Shown here: positions 49,588-59,415 of the stretch, one piece after another
Layout: every line of letters begins with the position of its first letter
Position numbering within the stretch: position 1 is the stretch's first letter
Assembly: GCA_965242965.1 (NCBI GenBank)
Contig: OZ251518.1
Location: 4,736,001-4,800,000 of the forward strand
Direction: 5' to 3'
DNA: 64,000 nt
Source: Candidatus Poribacteria bacterium
GTDB lineage: Bacteria > Poribacteria > WGA-4E > WGA-3G
Translations under genes and position numbers: made by a program
Notes under the pieces: model-generated
What the model saw: the letters and a program-made list of their open reading frames with translations, nothing else
The model's database searches: none
What the model was told of the DNA's origin: nothing

Positions 49588-50256
49588 CTAAATCTGCCAC
49601 GCTTCTTGCGTCCACGCCATCTCCCAAAAGAGATACTCATAACGGCTGCTGAACAGAAAATGCCGCTTCAGCCGTGCTTTTTCGGCGGAACTGCTCTCCG
49701 CTGTCAACTCGTTCAGGAGGCTGCGCAACCACTTGCCTAAAGCGAGGAATTCCTCGGAGGCATACATCTCTATCCATTCTTGATAGAGCGGTTCGGGAGA
49801 ACCTCCCTGCTGTGCTAGCGTTGTGCCTATCTCGGCGTAACCCCACTGGCACGGCAACACGCCTGCGATGATGTCCGCCAGCGTGCCGCTCTGTGCAACG
49901 CTCAGCAAATGCCGCGTGTAGGCGTGCGTTGTCGGTGCCACCGGTGCTTGCTCCATCTCAGCGGCGGAGATGCCAAACTTTTCACAATACCCGCGGTGTA
50001 AATCCATCTCGGTGTTCAGGGTTTCGTTGAGCAGTTGTGAAAAGAGTGCCATCGTCGCCTCATCGGGTGCCTTGATAACGCCGTGCGCAAATACACGGCT
50101 ATAGTCTAACAGGAACAGATAGTCCTGAACGAGGTAGAACTTGAACTTCTCTGTCGGCAGTGTGCCATCGGCAATGCCGCGGACGAAGGGGTGCCCCAGG
50201 TCTGCCTCCCAAATCGGTGCGGCGGATTGTCTGAGTTCATCGGTAAATTGAGTCAA
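49588..50256 (-). CDS. tenA: Thiaminase II
   Basis: HPFV, FKFYLVQDY, LPCQWGY, YEYLFW; TTG start with AGGAG RBS. Confidence 0.92.
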   Translation of the reverse strand: MTQFTDELRQSAAPIWEADLGHPFVRGIADGTLPTEKFKFYLVQDYLFLLDYSRVFAHGVIKAPDEATMALFSQLLNETLNTEMDLHRGYCEKFGISAAEMEQAPVAPTTHAYTRHLLSVAQSGTLADIIAGVLPCQWGYAEIGTTLAQQGGSPEPLYQEWIEMYASEEFLALGKWLRSLLNELTAESSSAEKARLKRHFLFSSRYEYLFWEMAWTQEAWQI

Positions 50257-50345
50257 AAGTTTCGTCTCCTTGAAAGGTTATTTGGTGTCACACCAAATTC
50301 ATTGATGAATTGTGTATGACACCTCAACACAACGAGGTTATCACC

Positions 50346-51230
50346 ATGTTTGAAAAACTTGGAATTGTCACTAATATCTGGAGCGTGGAAATGCAAAACG
50401 GCGCACGCTTTGATAATCTAATGGTTGCATTCGGTGAAAACGGGTTCCGCGACCTGGAGGTGCGCGAAGGTGATTACCTCCGCGATTCCGCCTTTGGTGC
50501 AGTCATTACGCAACTTGAATCGGCAATGCCCGATTACTCCGATGCCGAGTGGAAAACCCTCGCCGAGGCGGTGTGGAACGGAAAACCGCATCCCACTAAG
50601 CATCCCGCGCTCTTTGAAGAGGTAGCCGCCTTCACCCGAAAAGCAACGGGGCTCACCTTGAGTTACGCGATGTCCCACCCGTGGCTTTCGGATTTCGAGG
50701 AGGCAAACACCGAACGGATACTCACGGCGAAGAAGTTGGCGTATCTGCTGTGTCCTTCTCGCGCGCGGCTCCGCCTCGTTGATCTGGATACCGAAGACGC
50801 GATTGACGAAGCTGTCGCTGTCGCGAACCTCCAACGTTATCACACGCTTTTGCCGAATTATCCGATGATTTTCGCCGTGGAGAACGCGCGTCAATCCGCT
50901 TTGCTAACCCTGAAATTAGCCATCGCCGGCGGCGCAAAACTCACCTACGACGAAACGAATACCTATCGTGCCGATGGGACAACGCTGAATTCGCCTGAGG
51001 CATTCTGGGCTTCCGTAGAGATGTCGTATCTCACCTCCGTGCATTTCAAGCAGAAGACAGCGGCCGGCGTGCTATCGGAAGTCGGCGATGGGTTTGTGGA
51101 TTTTCGCGCCATTGCCGCCCATTTGCGCGAGCGCGATTATACCGGTGACCTGCTGCTTGAAAACACCCCGACTTCGCATTCGTTGGCGGATGCATCGCGG
51201 AGCCGGGACTATCTGTGCGGATTAATGTGA
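50346..51230 (+). CDS. Sugar phosphate isomerase/epimerase-like TIM-barrel protein
   Basis: AVEN, VHFK, GDGFVDF, LLEN motifs; GAGG RBS. Confidence 0.7.
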   Translation: MFEKLGIVTNIWSVEMQNGARFDNLMVAFGENGFRDLEVREGDYLRDSAFGAVITQLESAMPDYSDAEWKTLAEAVWNGKPHPTKHPALFEEVAAFTRKATGLTLSYAMSHPWLSDFEEANTERILTAKKLAYLLCPSRARLRLVDLDTEDAIDEAVAVANLQRYHTLLPNYPMIFAVENARQSALLTLKLAIAGGAKLTYDETNTYRADGTTLNSPEAFWASVEMSYLTSVHFKQKTAAGVLSEVGDGFVDFRAIAAHLRERDYTGDLLLENTPTSHSLADASRSRDYLCGLM

Positions 51231-51400
51231 GAGGGTTTCATAACTCCGTTTCGGTATTTATTCCCCCTTGGGGAAGGACGAATACCAGAAGCCATCGGGC
51301 CCACCTCTGTAGTTCGGGAGCGCCCGCTCCCGAACAGGTCAGGATCAGGCGATCCTGACCTACAGGGGTGAGGAGGTCTGTCAACTTATGAAACACCCTG
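51229..51400. mobile_element. Short MITE-like element
   Basis: GAGAGGGTTTCATA...TATGAAACACCCTG; no TSD visible. Confidence 0.5.
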
Positions 51401-51506
51401 ATTAATATAACAAAACGGAACTATAAATGCCATATTTCCATCGGTCGGCGCGCTTTTCGGGAACGCTGCGCGGTTGCAAACCGCGCACAGAAGGTTGGCA
51501 TTGGGT

Positions 51507-52625
51507 TCACACGGCGATGGCGTGCTTCCGCAAAACCTCATCGTTCAACGTAACGCCGAGCCCCGGCTTCGTTGAGGGAATGATATACCCATTTTCCCAC
51601 TGCAAGGGCTCCTGCAGAATTTCGGCGTGGAAGCCGTCCCACTTATGGATGCCCTCCTGAATCAGGAAATTAGGGCTACAGACATCAAGTTGGATGTTCG
51701 CCGCGCCGCCGATAGGACCGCCGTAGAGATGCGGCGCGATCTGCGCATAGTGCGCCTCACCCATCGCCGCAATCTTCTTCGCCTCAAGGATGCCGCCCGT
51801 TATCGTCAGATCCATCTGCAAAATAGAGGCGGCTTGTTGTTCCAATAAATCAACGAACTCATACTTCGTGAGCAACCGTTCGCCGGTGGCAATCGGGATG
51901 CTGGTAGACTGCGCCACGCGCGCCATCTCCTTGACATTCTCCGGCGGCACCGGCTCTTCAAACCAGAGCGGTTCGTAGGGTTCAACGCGTTTGGCAAAAC
52001 GGATGGCACTGTTCGTGTTGAATTGCCCGTGCGTTCCGATGAGAATATCGCACCTATCGCCGACGGCATCGCGGATAGCACGGACAACACTTTCGGCGTA
52101 GTTGAGCGTCTCCAATCTATCCACGGCGCGCGCATCCACCGGGTCGAATTTCACAGCGGTGAACCCTTTTTCTACGTAAGCGAGCGCGAGTTCCGCTGTT
52201 TTTTCGGGAGAATCGCCGCGCCGCCATTCTAGCAAATAGGAATAGGCGCGCAGTTTTTCATGGAATACGCCGCCGAGGAGATTGTAAATCGGCTGGTTCA
52301 CCGCCTTGCCGACGATGTCCCAGCACGCCATCTCAATCGCGCTCATCGCGGGAGTCGTCAGTGGGCCGGCGTGGCGCACAGCCGGTCCTTCGTAAAGCGT
52401 ATGCCAGATCTTTTCAATCTGAAACGGATCTGCGCCGATGAGGAAGCGTTCTCCCCAATCCTTGATTAACGCGACGACGACGTGGTTGAGTTGCGTGTGA
52501 TAGGTGCATTCGCCCGCGCCTTCAATCCCCTCATCAGTGATGAGTTTGACGAAAATCCAGCGTCTGCCGCCCCAGTGCGGCGGCGGCACGTCAACGAGAT
52601 ATGTTTGGACTTCAACAATTTTCAT
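51507..52625 (-). CDS. Mandelate racemase / galactonate dehydratase-like enolase
   Basis: SAIEMACWDIVGK, KFD, WFEEP, ATGER, APH. Confidence 0.9.
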   Translation of the reverse strand: MKIVEVQTYLVDVPPPHWGGRRWIFVKLITDEGIEGAGECTYHTQLNHVVVALIKDWGERFLIGADPFQIEKIWHTLYEGPAVRHAGPLTTPAMSAIEMACWDIVGKAVNQPIYNLLGGVFHEKLRAYSYLLEWRRGDSPEKTAELALAYVEKGFTAVKFDPVDARAVDRLETLNYAESVVRAIRDAVGDRCDILIGTHGQFNTNSAIRFAKRVEPYEPLWFEEPVPPENVKEMARVAQSTSIPIATGERLLTKYEFVDLLEQQAASILQMDLTITGGILEAKKIAAMGEAHYAQIAPHLYGGPIGGAANIQLDVCSPNFLIQEGIHKWDGFHAEILQEPLQWENGYIIPSTKPGLGVTLNDEVLRKHAIAV

Positions 52626-52649
52626 GGGGTTTTCTCCTTGCTTGTCCTA

Positions 52650-52896
52650 CAGGCGTGGCGAGGGACAGGCCCGCGCCCTACGATGCGTTTCCAATAGGCA
52701 TGGCGAGGGACAGGCCCGCGCCCTACGAGGTTTAAAGCGGCGTGGTGTGGGACAGGCACTCGCTATGCGATGCGTTTCCAATAGGCATGGCGAGGGACAG
52801 GCCCTCGCCCTACGATGCGTTAAAGCGGCGTGGTGAGGGACAGGCACTCACCCTACGATATGTTTCCCCCGTAGGAGAGACCTCCCGGTCTCGATG
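52650..52896. repeat. Head-to-tail REP array
   Basis: Five GGCGAGGGACAGGCCC..CCCTACG-type units plus one GTAGGAGAGACC REP. Confidence 0.85.
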
Positions 52897-52939
52897 GGAT
52901 TCCTATGACAGATCCTCGCACTACGAGGTTTAAGATTTC

Positions 52940-55141
52940 TTACGGATTCCACCAATACGTCACCTTCGCGACAAGCGTCGTATCGCGCAAGCCGCTTGAC
53001 AAACTCTCCGTACCGTATGTTTGGTTGAAAACGAAGTAGAAATCGCTGCCGGGCCGATAGATATAGTTGATTAAGAAATTCGCTGTCACCAGTTCTCTGT
53101 CGCTGCTCCACTGCAGATAGAGTTTAGCGAACATGTCTGTAGAAAACGAATAGACTACGCGGCCGCCGAAGATGTTCGTATTGAACGTGCCTTGCTGCAG
53201 CAGGATGCGGTTAAATTCGTAGCGCGGCTCAAGGCTGAAACGTCCCGTCGGCCGAAAGTCAACCCGAAGATCGAATCCGCGACGCGAGCCATCGTAGAAA
53301 TCGCCGAAGTTCAGCGATAGCCGTCCGGTAAACCTCTGGTTTCCTTCCGCATTCAGCGTGAGGCTGTAGTTAGTATAGTGATATTCGCCCGGCGGGATGA
53401 TAACGCCATCTCGGATCTCAAAATCCTCGTCAAGGAACTCAAATTCTCTGCGGATGCGAACGCCGCCCCAGCCGCCCTGTTCCAATTCCAGCCATGTGCT
53501 CCAGATGAATGTCCGCGTTTCCAGTTGATTGTCTGCATTGAGGATAACATCAATCTCCGGTCCAATCCACAACCGCCGGAGCCCGTACCAATGAAGGTAA
53601 GGCGTGCCGCGGGCCTCCGCCCGAAGCCAGCGCGCGCCCGCGCGTTGCACATAGCCGACTTCCGGGTTAAAATCCTCTCCGATGTCCGTGTAGGAGGCGT
53701 TCAGCCGTGCGACGTTGCTTTGCCAATTTCCGCCGAAATACCAAGCGTTCGGACTAGGCGTATTGCGCCCGGTAACCGCATCGGTGCTTTCAAATGTGCG
53801 CGCCCATAATCCACGAAAATTCATCTTATCGGTAGGCCGATAGACGAAATCCACGCCGGTCGCGCTGTTCTGGATGTCAGCACCGCCTTTATGAATCGCT
53901 ATCATGCCGAGACTCGATCCAGTAAAAAGGTCGCGTTTCACGCGTAGCACCGAATAATTAGTCCGCGGAACGTCCACGGCATCTACATCTTCTGTCGCCG
54001 CCGCTGCATATTTATCGGTGAGGACGTTCAGAAACCCGACACCGTAGTTGCCCATCTTGCCGGTAACTTTTCCGCCTGTGAGGATGGGGATGGCGTGCTC
54101 TTCCGCAATGCCGATGCGGCGGCTGTAGAAAAGCAGCAACGGCGGCGGCGCGTTGAAACTGGTGCGCGGAATGCCGAAATCAAAGATGCCGGCACCTTCC
54201 AAGAAAAACTGGCGTTTTTCAGGAAAAAAGAGGCTAAACCGCGTTAAGTTCGCCTGCTCCTGGTCTGCTTCAACTTGCGCGAAATCGGTATTCACCGTGA
54301 GATCTGCCGTTAAATTGGAGGTGAGGCTAATCTTCGCGTCCGCGCCCAAATCCAGCACGCTGTCTGTGCCATCGGTATCTGTGCGTCTCACACCGGGCAG
54401 TAGATAGGGGAGGAACTCGATGTTTCGCCGGGTTGAGATTCCTGAGAGTCCCGTGAGTTTGCCGAGGTTAGTCGTGCGATAGCGCGCCCGCCAATTATAC
54501 GCCGCTGGCACGGGTGCCCAGGTTCCCTCCTCCTGATTTTTCGGCAAGGCGCGCCCGACGTTGAGCCCCCATTCCAGTGTATCTCCCGCCTTAAACCGAA
54601 GTTGGCTGATCGGAATTGCTATTTCTGCTGTCCAATTATCGGCGTTGATTTTCGCTTTGGCATCCCAGACAGCGTTCCAGTTTTCGTTTCGGCTGTCGCC
54701 GCTATCCATGATTGCCACATCTTCGCGTGAGCCGAGAGGGTTGACCCGGAAAAAGAACCCACTACGCCTGTCGTTGTAAGTGTCTAACAGGACGAAGACA
54801 TTGTCATTATCCCACAACATCGTATCGCGGCGCATCTTATTAGCGATAATTTTCGCAGGTTCGGATTCGCTGCAGAGGAACCCGAAATAGAGGTGTTTCG
54901 CATCGTAAAGGACTCGCACCTCTGTCGGTTCAGTCAGCGGCGCGCCTTCATCGGGTTCAAATTGCGTGAACTGCCGAATCGGCATCGCGTGCTGCCAATC
55001 CTCTTCCGAAAGTTCTCCATCAATTTCAACGCTTTGATAGGTGCGGTAGGGGCTCACTTCGCGTTCCGCCGCCGCGCAGACAGTGCCACTCCCGATGCAA
55101 AGAAGAATAAAAAACGTGAGGTATCTACAAAAGTCATCCAT
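52940..55141 (-). CDS. CBM9-like / DUF5916 outer-membrane protein
   Basis: IDGELSEEDW, NTDFAQVEAD, RFSLFFPEKRQFFLEG, FYSRRIG; C-terminal KVTYWWNP. Confidence 0.85.
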   Translation of the reverse strand: MDDFCRYLTFFILLCIGSGTVCAAAEREVSPYRTYQSVEIDGELSEEDWQHAMPIRQFTQFEPDEGAPLTEPTEVRVLYDAKHLYFGFLCSESEPAKIIANKMRRDTMLWDNDNVFVLLDTYNDRRSGFFFRVNPLGSREDVAIMDSGDSRNENWNAVWDAKAKINADNWTAEIAIPISQLRFKAGDTLEWGLNVGRALPKNQEEGTWAPVPAAYNWRARYRTTNLGKLTGLSGISTRRNIEFLPYLLPGVRRTDTDGTDSVLDLGADAKISLTSNLTADLTVNTDFAQVEADQEQANLTRFSLFFPEKRQFFLEGAGIFDFGIPRTSFNAPPPLLLFYSRRIGIAEEHAIPILTGGKVTGKMGNYGVGFLNVLTDKYAAAATEDVDAVDVPRTNYSVLRVKRDLFTGSSLGMIAIHKGGADIQNSATGVDFVYRPTDKMNFRGLWARTFESTDAVTGRNTPSPNAWYFGGNWQSNVARLNASYTDIGEDFNPEVGYVQRAGARWLRAEARGTPYLHWYGLRRLWIGPEIDVILNADNQLETRTFIWSTWLELEQGGWGGVRIRREFEFLDEDFEIRDGVIIPPGEYHYTNYSLTLNAEGNQRFTGRLSLNFGDFYDGSRRGFDLRVDFRPTGRFSLEPRYEFNRILLQQGTFNTNIFGGRVVYSFSTDMFAKLYLQWSSDRELVTANFLINYIYRPGSDFYFVFNQTYGTESLSSGLRDTTLVAKVTYWWNP

Positions 55142-55269
55142 GATACGCAAAACCTTAGGACTTATCAAGATGGGTATTTTGAAAGTTAATGATATGATAC
55201 CAGATTTTGCAAATTTTTACACGTTTAAAGACAGACCGCGCGCGATGGTGTTTAGCAAGGTTCCTGCTA

Positions 55270-55495
55270 CCGTAGGGCGAGGGCCTGTCCCTCGCCGTGC
55301 AGCAATCACCGTAGGGCGAGGGCCTGTCCCTCGCCATGCCGCGATTTTAACAGAAAACGTCTGTCATCTCTGTCTGCCGGGCGTTTTCTGTCACGTTTGG
55401 AAGATCGCGGGGGACAGGCCCCCGCGCTACGAAAAAAAGAGGTCTTTTCTGTCGCCGATGAAAAATCGCGGGGGACAGGCCCCCGCGCTACGAAA
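55270..55495. repeat. REP cluster
   Basis: Two forward and two inverted GTAG REPs. Confidence 0.85.
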
Positions 55496-55605
55496 AAAAG
55501 AAGCTTTTTCGTTTAACGTGAACAATTTTTCCCTTGACAAAAACCGGAAAAATAACAAAATTTATCCGCTGATGACAACTTTTTACTAGAAGGAGCGAAC
55601 GGAGC

Positions 55606-56721
55606 ATGTTTAACAAAATCCTGATAGCCTGCGGGTTTGGCATCGTGGTAATGGGAATTGGGATATTTTATTTTCTTACCCAACCCACGGGACAGCGAGG
55701 AATTCCCGCCGAGGCGAAAGCCTTACTTGATAAAATTTACGCCTATTCAGGCACACTCACACTAGAGGAGCAAAGGCAATTTTCTGAATTTCCTTCAATG
55801 TTGGAAGCGATAGATTCGCGTCACCCTCTTCCCAAAAGTGAATTAACCCGGTTAGAGGCGCACTTCCGTGAAGTCTATAGAGACAATCCGGAACTGATGG
55901 CCGCGGGGCATTTACATGGCCACGGCTCGGCTTCCGGGACAAGCAAGCGTGCCATCGGCATCCGGCGATTGATTTCGAAGATTGAAGAAATGGCGTATTC
56001 AGCAGAGAGTAAAGCCATCCTGGTCCGCCAATTGGAAAAACTCTATGCAGCAGCCAACGATGAGCCGCTACAGCAGAAGTTAAATAGACTCCTCTTGGAA
56101 TCTTTGAATGCCCACCCCGAGAATTTCGTCGGATTAGACTACGATGCGAATACAGGACGGGTTTTGAGGCTCTATCGAGACACCGTCTACCTCTATAAAA
56201 CCCGTATTTACGAACCAGATGGGAGTGTCCGGGTGGAAGTCACCGGGAGTCGCAGTTCTCTTGATGAAGAACTTCAAGCGAGTTTTGATGAGTATTTTGA
56301 AAAACTCCAAACGCATCACTTGAACAGCGATGTCCCGCTATCTCCGCCCTCAAATTTACGCATTATTGAGATATACACAGATACGCTGCCCGAGAACGCG
56401 ATCTTAAAGGCAATAGAGGCAGGCGTAGATGAATTGCCCGAAGATTCCCGACAAGGAAAACTTTATGTCGTTGATGACCAGGGGCAAGAACGGGAGTATG
56501 AACCTGAAATGTCCGTGCCTGCAACCATCCGCGAGGAAACAGGCGTGGAAAACAACGACACACCGGAATCCACGACAGAAATCACTCAATTTTTAGAGCA
56601 GCTCACCAACGAAGAGATCGAGAGACTCTTAGAAAAGAGTGACGAGGAGTTAGAAGCCGAACTTGAAAGGTATTTCACGCCAGAGGTTGAGCAACGCCGC
56701 CGGAAACAACGAGGGGACTAA
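55606..56721 (+). CDS. Hypothetical membrane-anchored protein
   Basis: AGGAG RBS, N-terminal TM, HLHGH motif, acidic tail. Confidence 0.7.
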   Translation: MFNKILIACGFGIVVMGIGIFYFLTQPTGQRGIPAEAKALLDKIYAYSGTLTLEEQRQFSEFPSMLEAIDSRHPLPKSELTRLEAHFREVYRDNPELMAAGHLHGHGSASGTSKRAIGIRRLISKIEEMAYSAESKAILVRQLEKLYAAANDEPLQQKLNRLLLESLNAHPENFVGLDYDANTGRVLRLYRDTVYLYKTRIYEPDGSVRVEVTGSRSSLDEELQASFDEYFEKLQTHHLNSDVPLSPPSNLRIIEIYTDTLPENAILKAIEAGVDELPEDSRQGKLYVVDDQGQEREYEPEMSVPATIREETGVENNDTPESTTEITQFLEQLTNEEIERLLEKSDEELEAELERYFTPEVEQRRRKQRGD

Positions 56722-56751
56722 ATTGCATTGTGTCGTTTTTCGATTGCACCG

Positions 56752-58029
56752 TTACAACCTATCCACCGTATACGCATCCAGCAACTCCTCATCAATTTCC
56801 ACCCCAAATCCCGGTTTCTCATCCAACGTGAAAAACCCATCGCGCGGGACGGGCCGCAATCGATGATACAACTCATTTTCAACGCCTTCGCGGGAAGGAC
56901 CGAATGTCTCCGCCATACACGACATCGGCAGACACGCAGTCAGATGCAACCCCCACGGTGTGCCTGCCTGATGGGGCCACGTCGGAATCCCGAGATCCGC
57001 CGCCTCACGCGCAATACGAAGGCACTCGGTGAAACCACCTGCCCAACTGACATCCGGCTGAATCATGTCTGCCGCTTTCCAGCGCAATAACTCGCGAAAG
57101 CCGTATCGCGTGAATTCATGCTCACCGGAAACAATCCATGTCGGTTGCACCTCTTGCACCAACTGCGCCATGCCGGCGTAGTCGTCAAGCGGAATAGGTT
57201 CCTCAATCCATTTGAGGCGCGCATCGGCTGTTGCCGCTGCAAACCGAAGCGTGTAGTTCACATCCCAGCGGAGATAGATGTCTGCCATCAATTCCACATC
57301 GGAACCGATAGCATCGCGAGCGGCGAAAATCTGCGCCACGTTCTCAGCGAAGCCGTGTTCTCCTTCGGCAAGCCCGTTGCGGAGAGGCAGTTTGCAAGCA
57401 GCGAAACCGTTCTCTGCGTAGTAGCCGACATCAGAGCCTGTGGCATAAGCGGGAATTTCAAGGCGCGGGGTATCGGTGAAAAGGCTGTAGACAGGCGCGT
57501 CAAGAATCTTACCACAGAGATCGACAAGAGCCAACTCTATGCCGCTGAGCGCATAGATAACCACGCCGCGCCGTCCGTAAATAGAACTGATATGATACAG
57601 GTGTTCCCAGAGAACCTCGACATCGAGCGGGTCGCGGCCGTGGACGAAGTGTTGGAGATGTTTTTCAATAATCATTGCCCCGGCGAGCCCGCCGCCGCCG
57701 AGCCCATAGCCTTTCAAGCCTTTATCGGTGGTGATTTCTACCATGAGCGCACCAGCTTGCGTTGCAAAAGGACCGCGCCAATCGACGTGGCGCAACGAAT
57801 TTGCAGCACGTAGCGCGGGGGCCTGTCCCCCGCGATCTTCCGCACGGGGTGAAGATTGGGGGTTATTGGAAGGCATCGAGACCGGGAGGTCGCGCCTACT
57901 CGCGAAGCCCATCGTGGACATGGCGCGTGGGTTCAGATTAATGTGCCACGTGCGGATGCCAGCGACGGTGTGTCGGGTTTTGGCGAGCGTTTTCCATTTA
58001 GCAGAGAGTAGGGTTTCGGTGGATTTCAT
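56752..58029 (-). CDS. L-rhamnonate dehydratase-like enolase with a 90-bp in-frame REP insertion
   Basis: YGRRG, CKLPL, WIEEP, SGEHE, QPDVSWAGG. Confidence 0.85.
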   Translation of the reverse strand: MKSTETLLSAKWKTLAKTRHTVAGIRTWHINLNPRAMSTMGFASRRDLPVSMPSNNPQSSPRAEDRGGQAPALRAANSLRHVDWRGPFATQAGALMVEITTDKGLKGYGLGGGGLAGAMIIEKHLQHFVHGRDPLDVEVLWEHLYHISSIYGRRGVVIYALSGIELALVDLCGKILDAPVYSLFTDTPRLEIPAYATGSDVGYYAENGFAACKLPLRNGLAEGEHGFAENVAQIFAARDAIGSDVELMADIYLRWDVNYTLRFAAATADARLKWIEEPIPLDDYAGMAQLVQEVQPTWIVSGEHEFTRYGFRELLRWKAADMIQPDVSWAGGFTECLRIAREAADLGIPTWPHQAGTPWGLHLTACLPMSCMAETFGPSREGVENELYHRLRPVPRDGFFTLDEKPGFGVEIDEELLDAYTVDRL

Positions 58030-58062
58030 AAGTTGACATCTGATGTTGAGGTTTTGATGCTC

Positions 58063-58169
58063 ATTTTACACACATTGTGTGCAAATGTCAAGTTAGGTTT
58101 CAAAATCTCTCGCCGCTAGCATCGTTTCTGGCGAAATTTTTGACATCAATTGCGAAATTAATGTATAAT
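58063..58169. promoter_or_regulatory. Divergent sigma70 promoters with a palindrome
   Basis: Minus TTGACA(58091-86)-17-TAAAAT; plus TTGACA(58140)-18-TATAAT; CACACA-T-TGTGTG at 58069-58081. Confidence 0.7.
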
Positions 58170-58220
58170 AATAGCAGAAGCTTTCATCAGGAAATTCAGG
58201 ATTATCTACGGGGAGACTCC

Positions 58221-59387
58221 ATGAAAATCAGAGACATTCGCGCCATAGAAATCACGTTAAACCCGAAACCGAAGACACCCCCGCGCACACCGAGCCGCGC
58301 GGGGACGTTTCAACTCAATCGTCCTATTTCTCGCTATCAGACGCTTGATGGCGGGCAGCGTCATATTTCTTCGTCTGAATGGAAACGGCCCGCTTGCATT
58401 GTGACAGCCGAAGATGGGACGTGGGGATTCGGGCTTTCGCTTTACGGCGCGCCTGTGACCCGCATTATTGAAGACCACTTTGCCCCACATCTCATCGGGC
58501 AAAATGGCATGGCGACAGAGAAGTTATGGGATATGATGGTGCGCTTGTCAACAGCCTTCGGCGCGACCGGACTCACCAGTTACGCCATCAGTGCAGTCGA
58601 TTGCGCGCTCTGGGATCTCAAAGGCAAACTGCTCGGCAGACCGGTTTATGAACTGCTCGGCGGACCGCAAAAGGAGAAAATTTTCTGTTACGCCTCCGGC
58701 TTCGATCAAGAATGGTATATGGAACTCGGTTTCAAGGCGACAAAACTCTTTACTCCCTGGGGCCCTGAGCAAGGGCTCACGGGGTTAAGAAAACTTGAAT
58801 CTCTGGTTGCAAGCACACGCGAGACAATTGGACCGGATGTTGAACTTATGCTGGACGCTTGGACCGGGTTTGACGTGGAACACACCGTGCGCGTCGCCGA
58901 AACCATGAAACCTTACGGACTGAAGTGGGTTGAGGATTACATTCCCGCCGATGACTTTGTCGGCTATGAGACGACGCGGCAACGCATTCCGTGGCAAACG
59001 CTTGCGACAGGGGAACATTGGTATCTGCCGACAGTTTTCGCTGCAGCGGCAGGAAGACGACTCGTTGACATTTTCCAACCCGATGTTTTGTGGTGTGGCG
59101 GCATTACCGCCGCAGCCAAAATCTGTCACATCGCCGAGGCGAACGGCATCTCGGTGATTACGCACGCCGGCATGAATTATCCTTATGGACAACATCTTGC
59201 TATGGCGATGCCCGCGATTACGTGGGGCGAACGTTCCGAAGGCGTATCCGCGCCCGGTGTCCCGTTAGAAGAGATGGTGAAACTGCCCGGCACTTCTGTC
59301 ATCAAAGATGGATACGTCGCGCCTTCGGATGCCCCGGGCTTCGGGTTGGAAATCGATGCGGCGTGGATAGAAAACGCTATTTCGTAG
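58221..59387 (+). CDS. L-rhamnonate dehydratase-like enolase
   Basis: AISAVDCALWDLKGK, KWVED, ATGEH, QPDVLWCGG; GGGAG RBS. Confidence 0.88.
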   Translation: MKIRDIRAIEITLNPKPKTPPRTPSRAGTFQLNRPISRYQTLDGGQRHISSSEWKRPACIVTAEDGTWGFGLSLYGAPVTRIIEDHFAPHLIGQNGMATEKLWDMMVRLSTAFGATGLTSYAISAVDCALWDLKGKLLGRPVYELLGGPQKEKIFCYASGFDQEWYMELGFKATKLFTPWGPEQGLTGLRKLESLVASTRETIGPDVELMLDAWTGFDVEHTVRVAETMKPYGLKWVEDYIPADDFVGYETTRQRIPWQTLATGEHWYLPTVFAAAAGRRLVDIFQPDVLWCGGITAAAKICHIAEANGISVITHAGMNYPYGQHLAMAMPAITWGERSEGVSAPGVPLEEMVKLPGTSVIKDGYVAPSDAPGFGLEIDAAWIENAIS

Positions 59388-59415
59388 ATGTCGTAGATGT
59401 CGTAGACGTGCTGAT

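Noticed and set aside
52650-52860. CRISPR-like repeats with short linkers
   Set aside because: The repeats are REP variants and the linkers are short and themselves repeated
59383-59408. 9-bp tandem CGTAGATGT repeat
   Set aside because: Short local duplication around a stop codon with no supportable function
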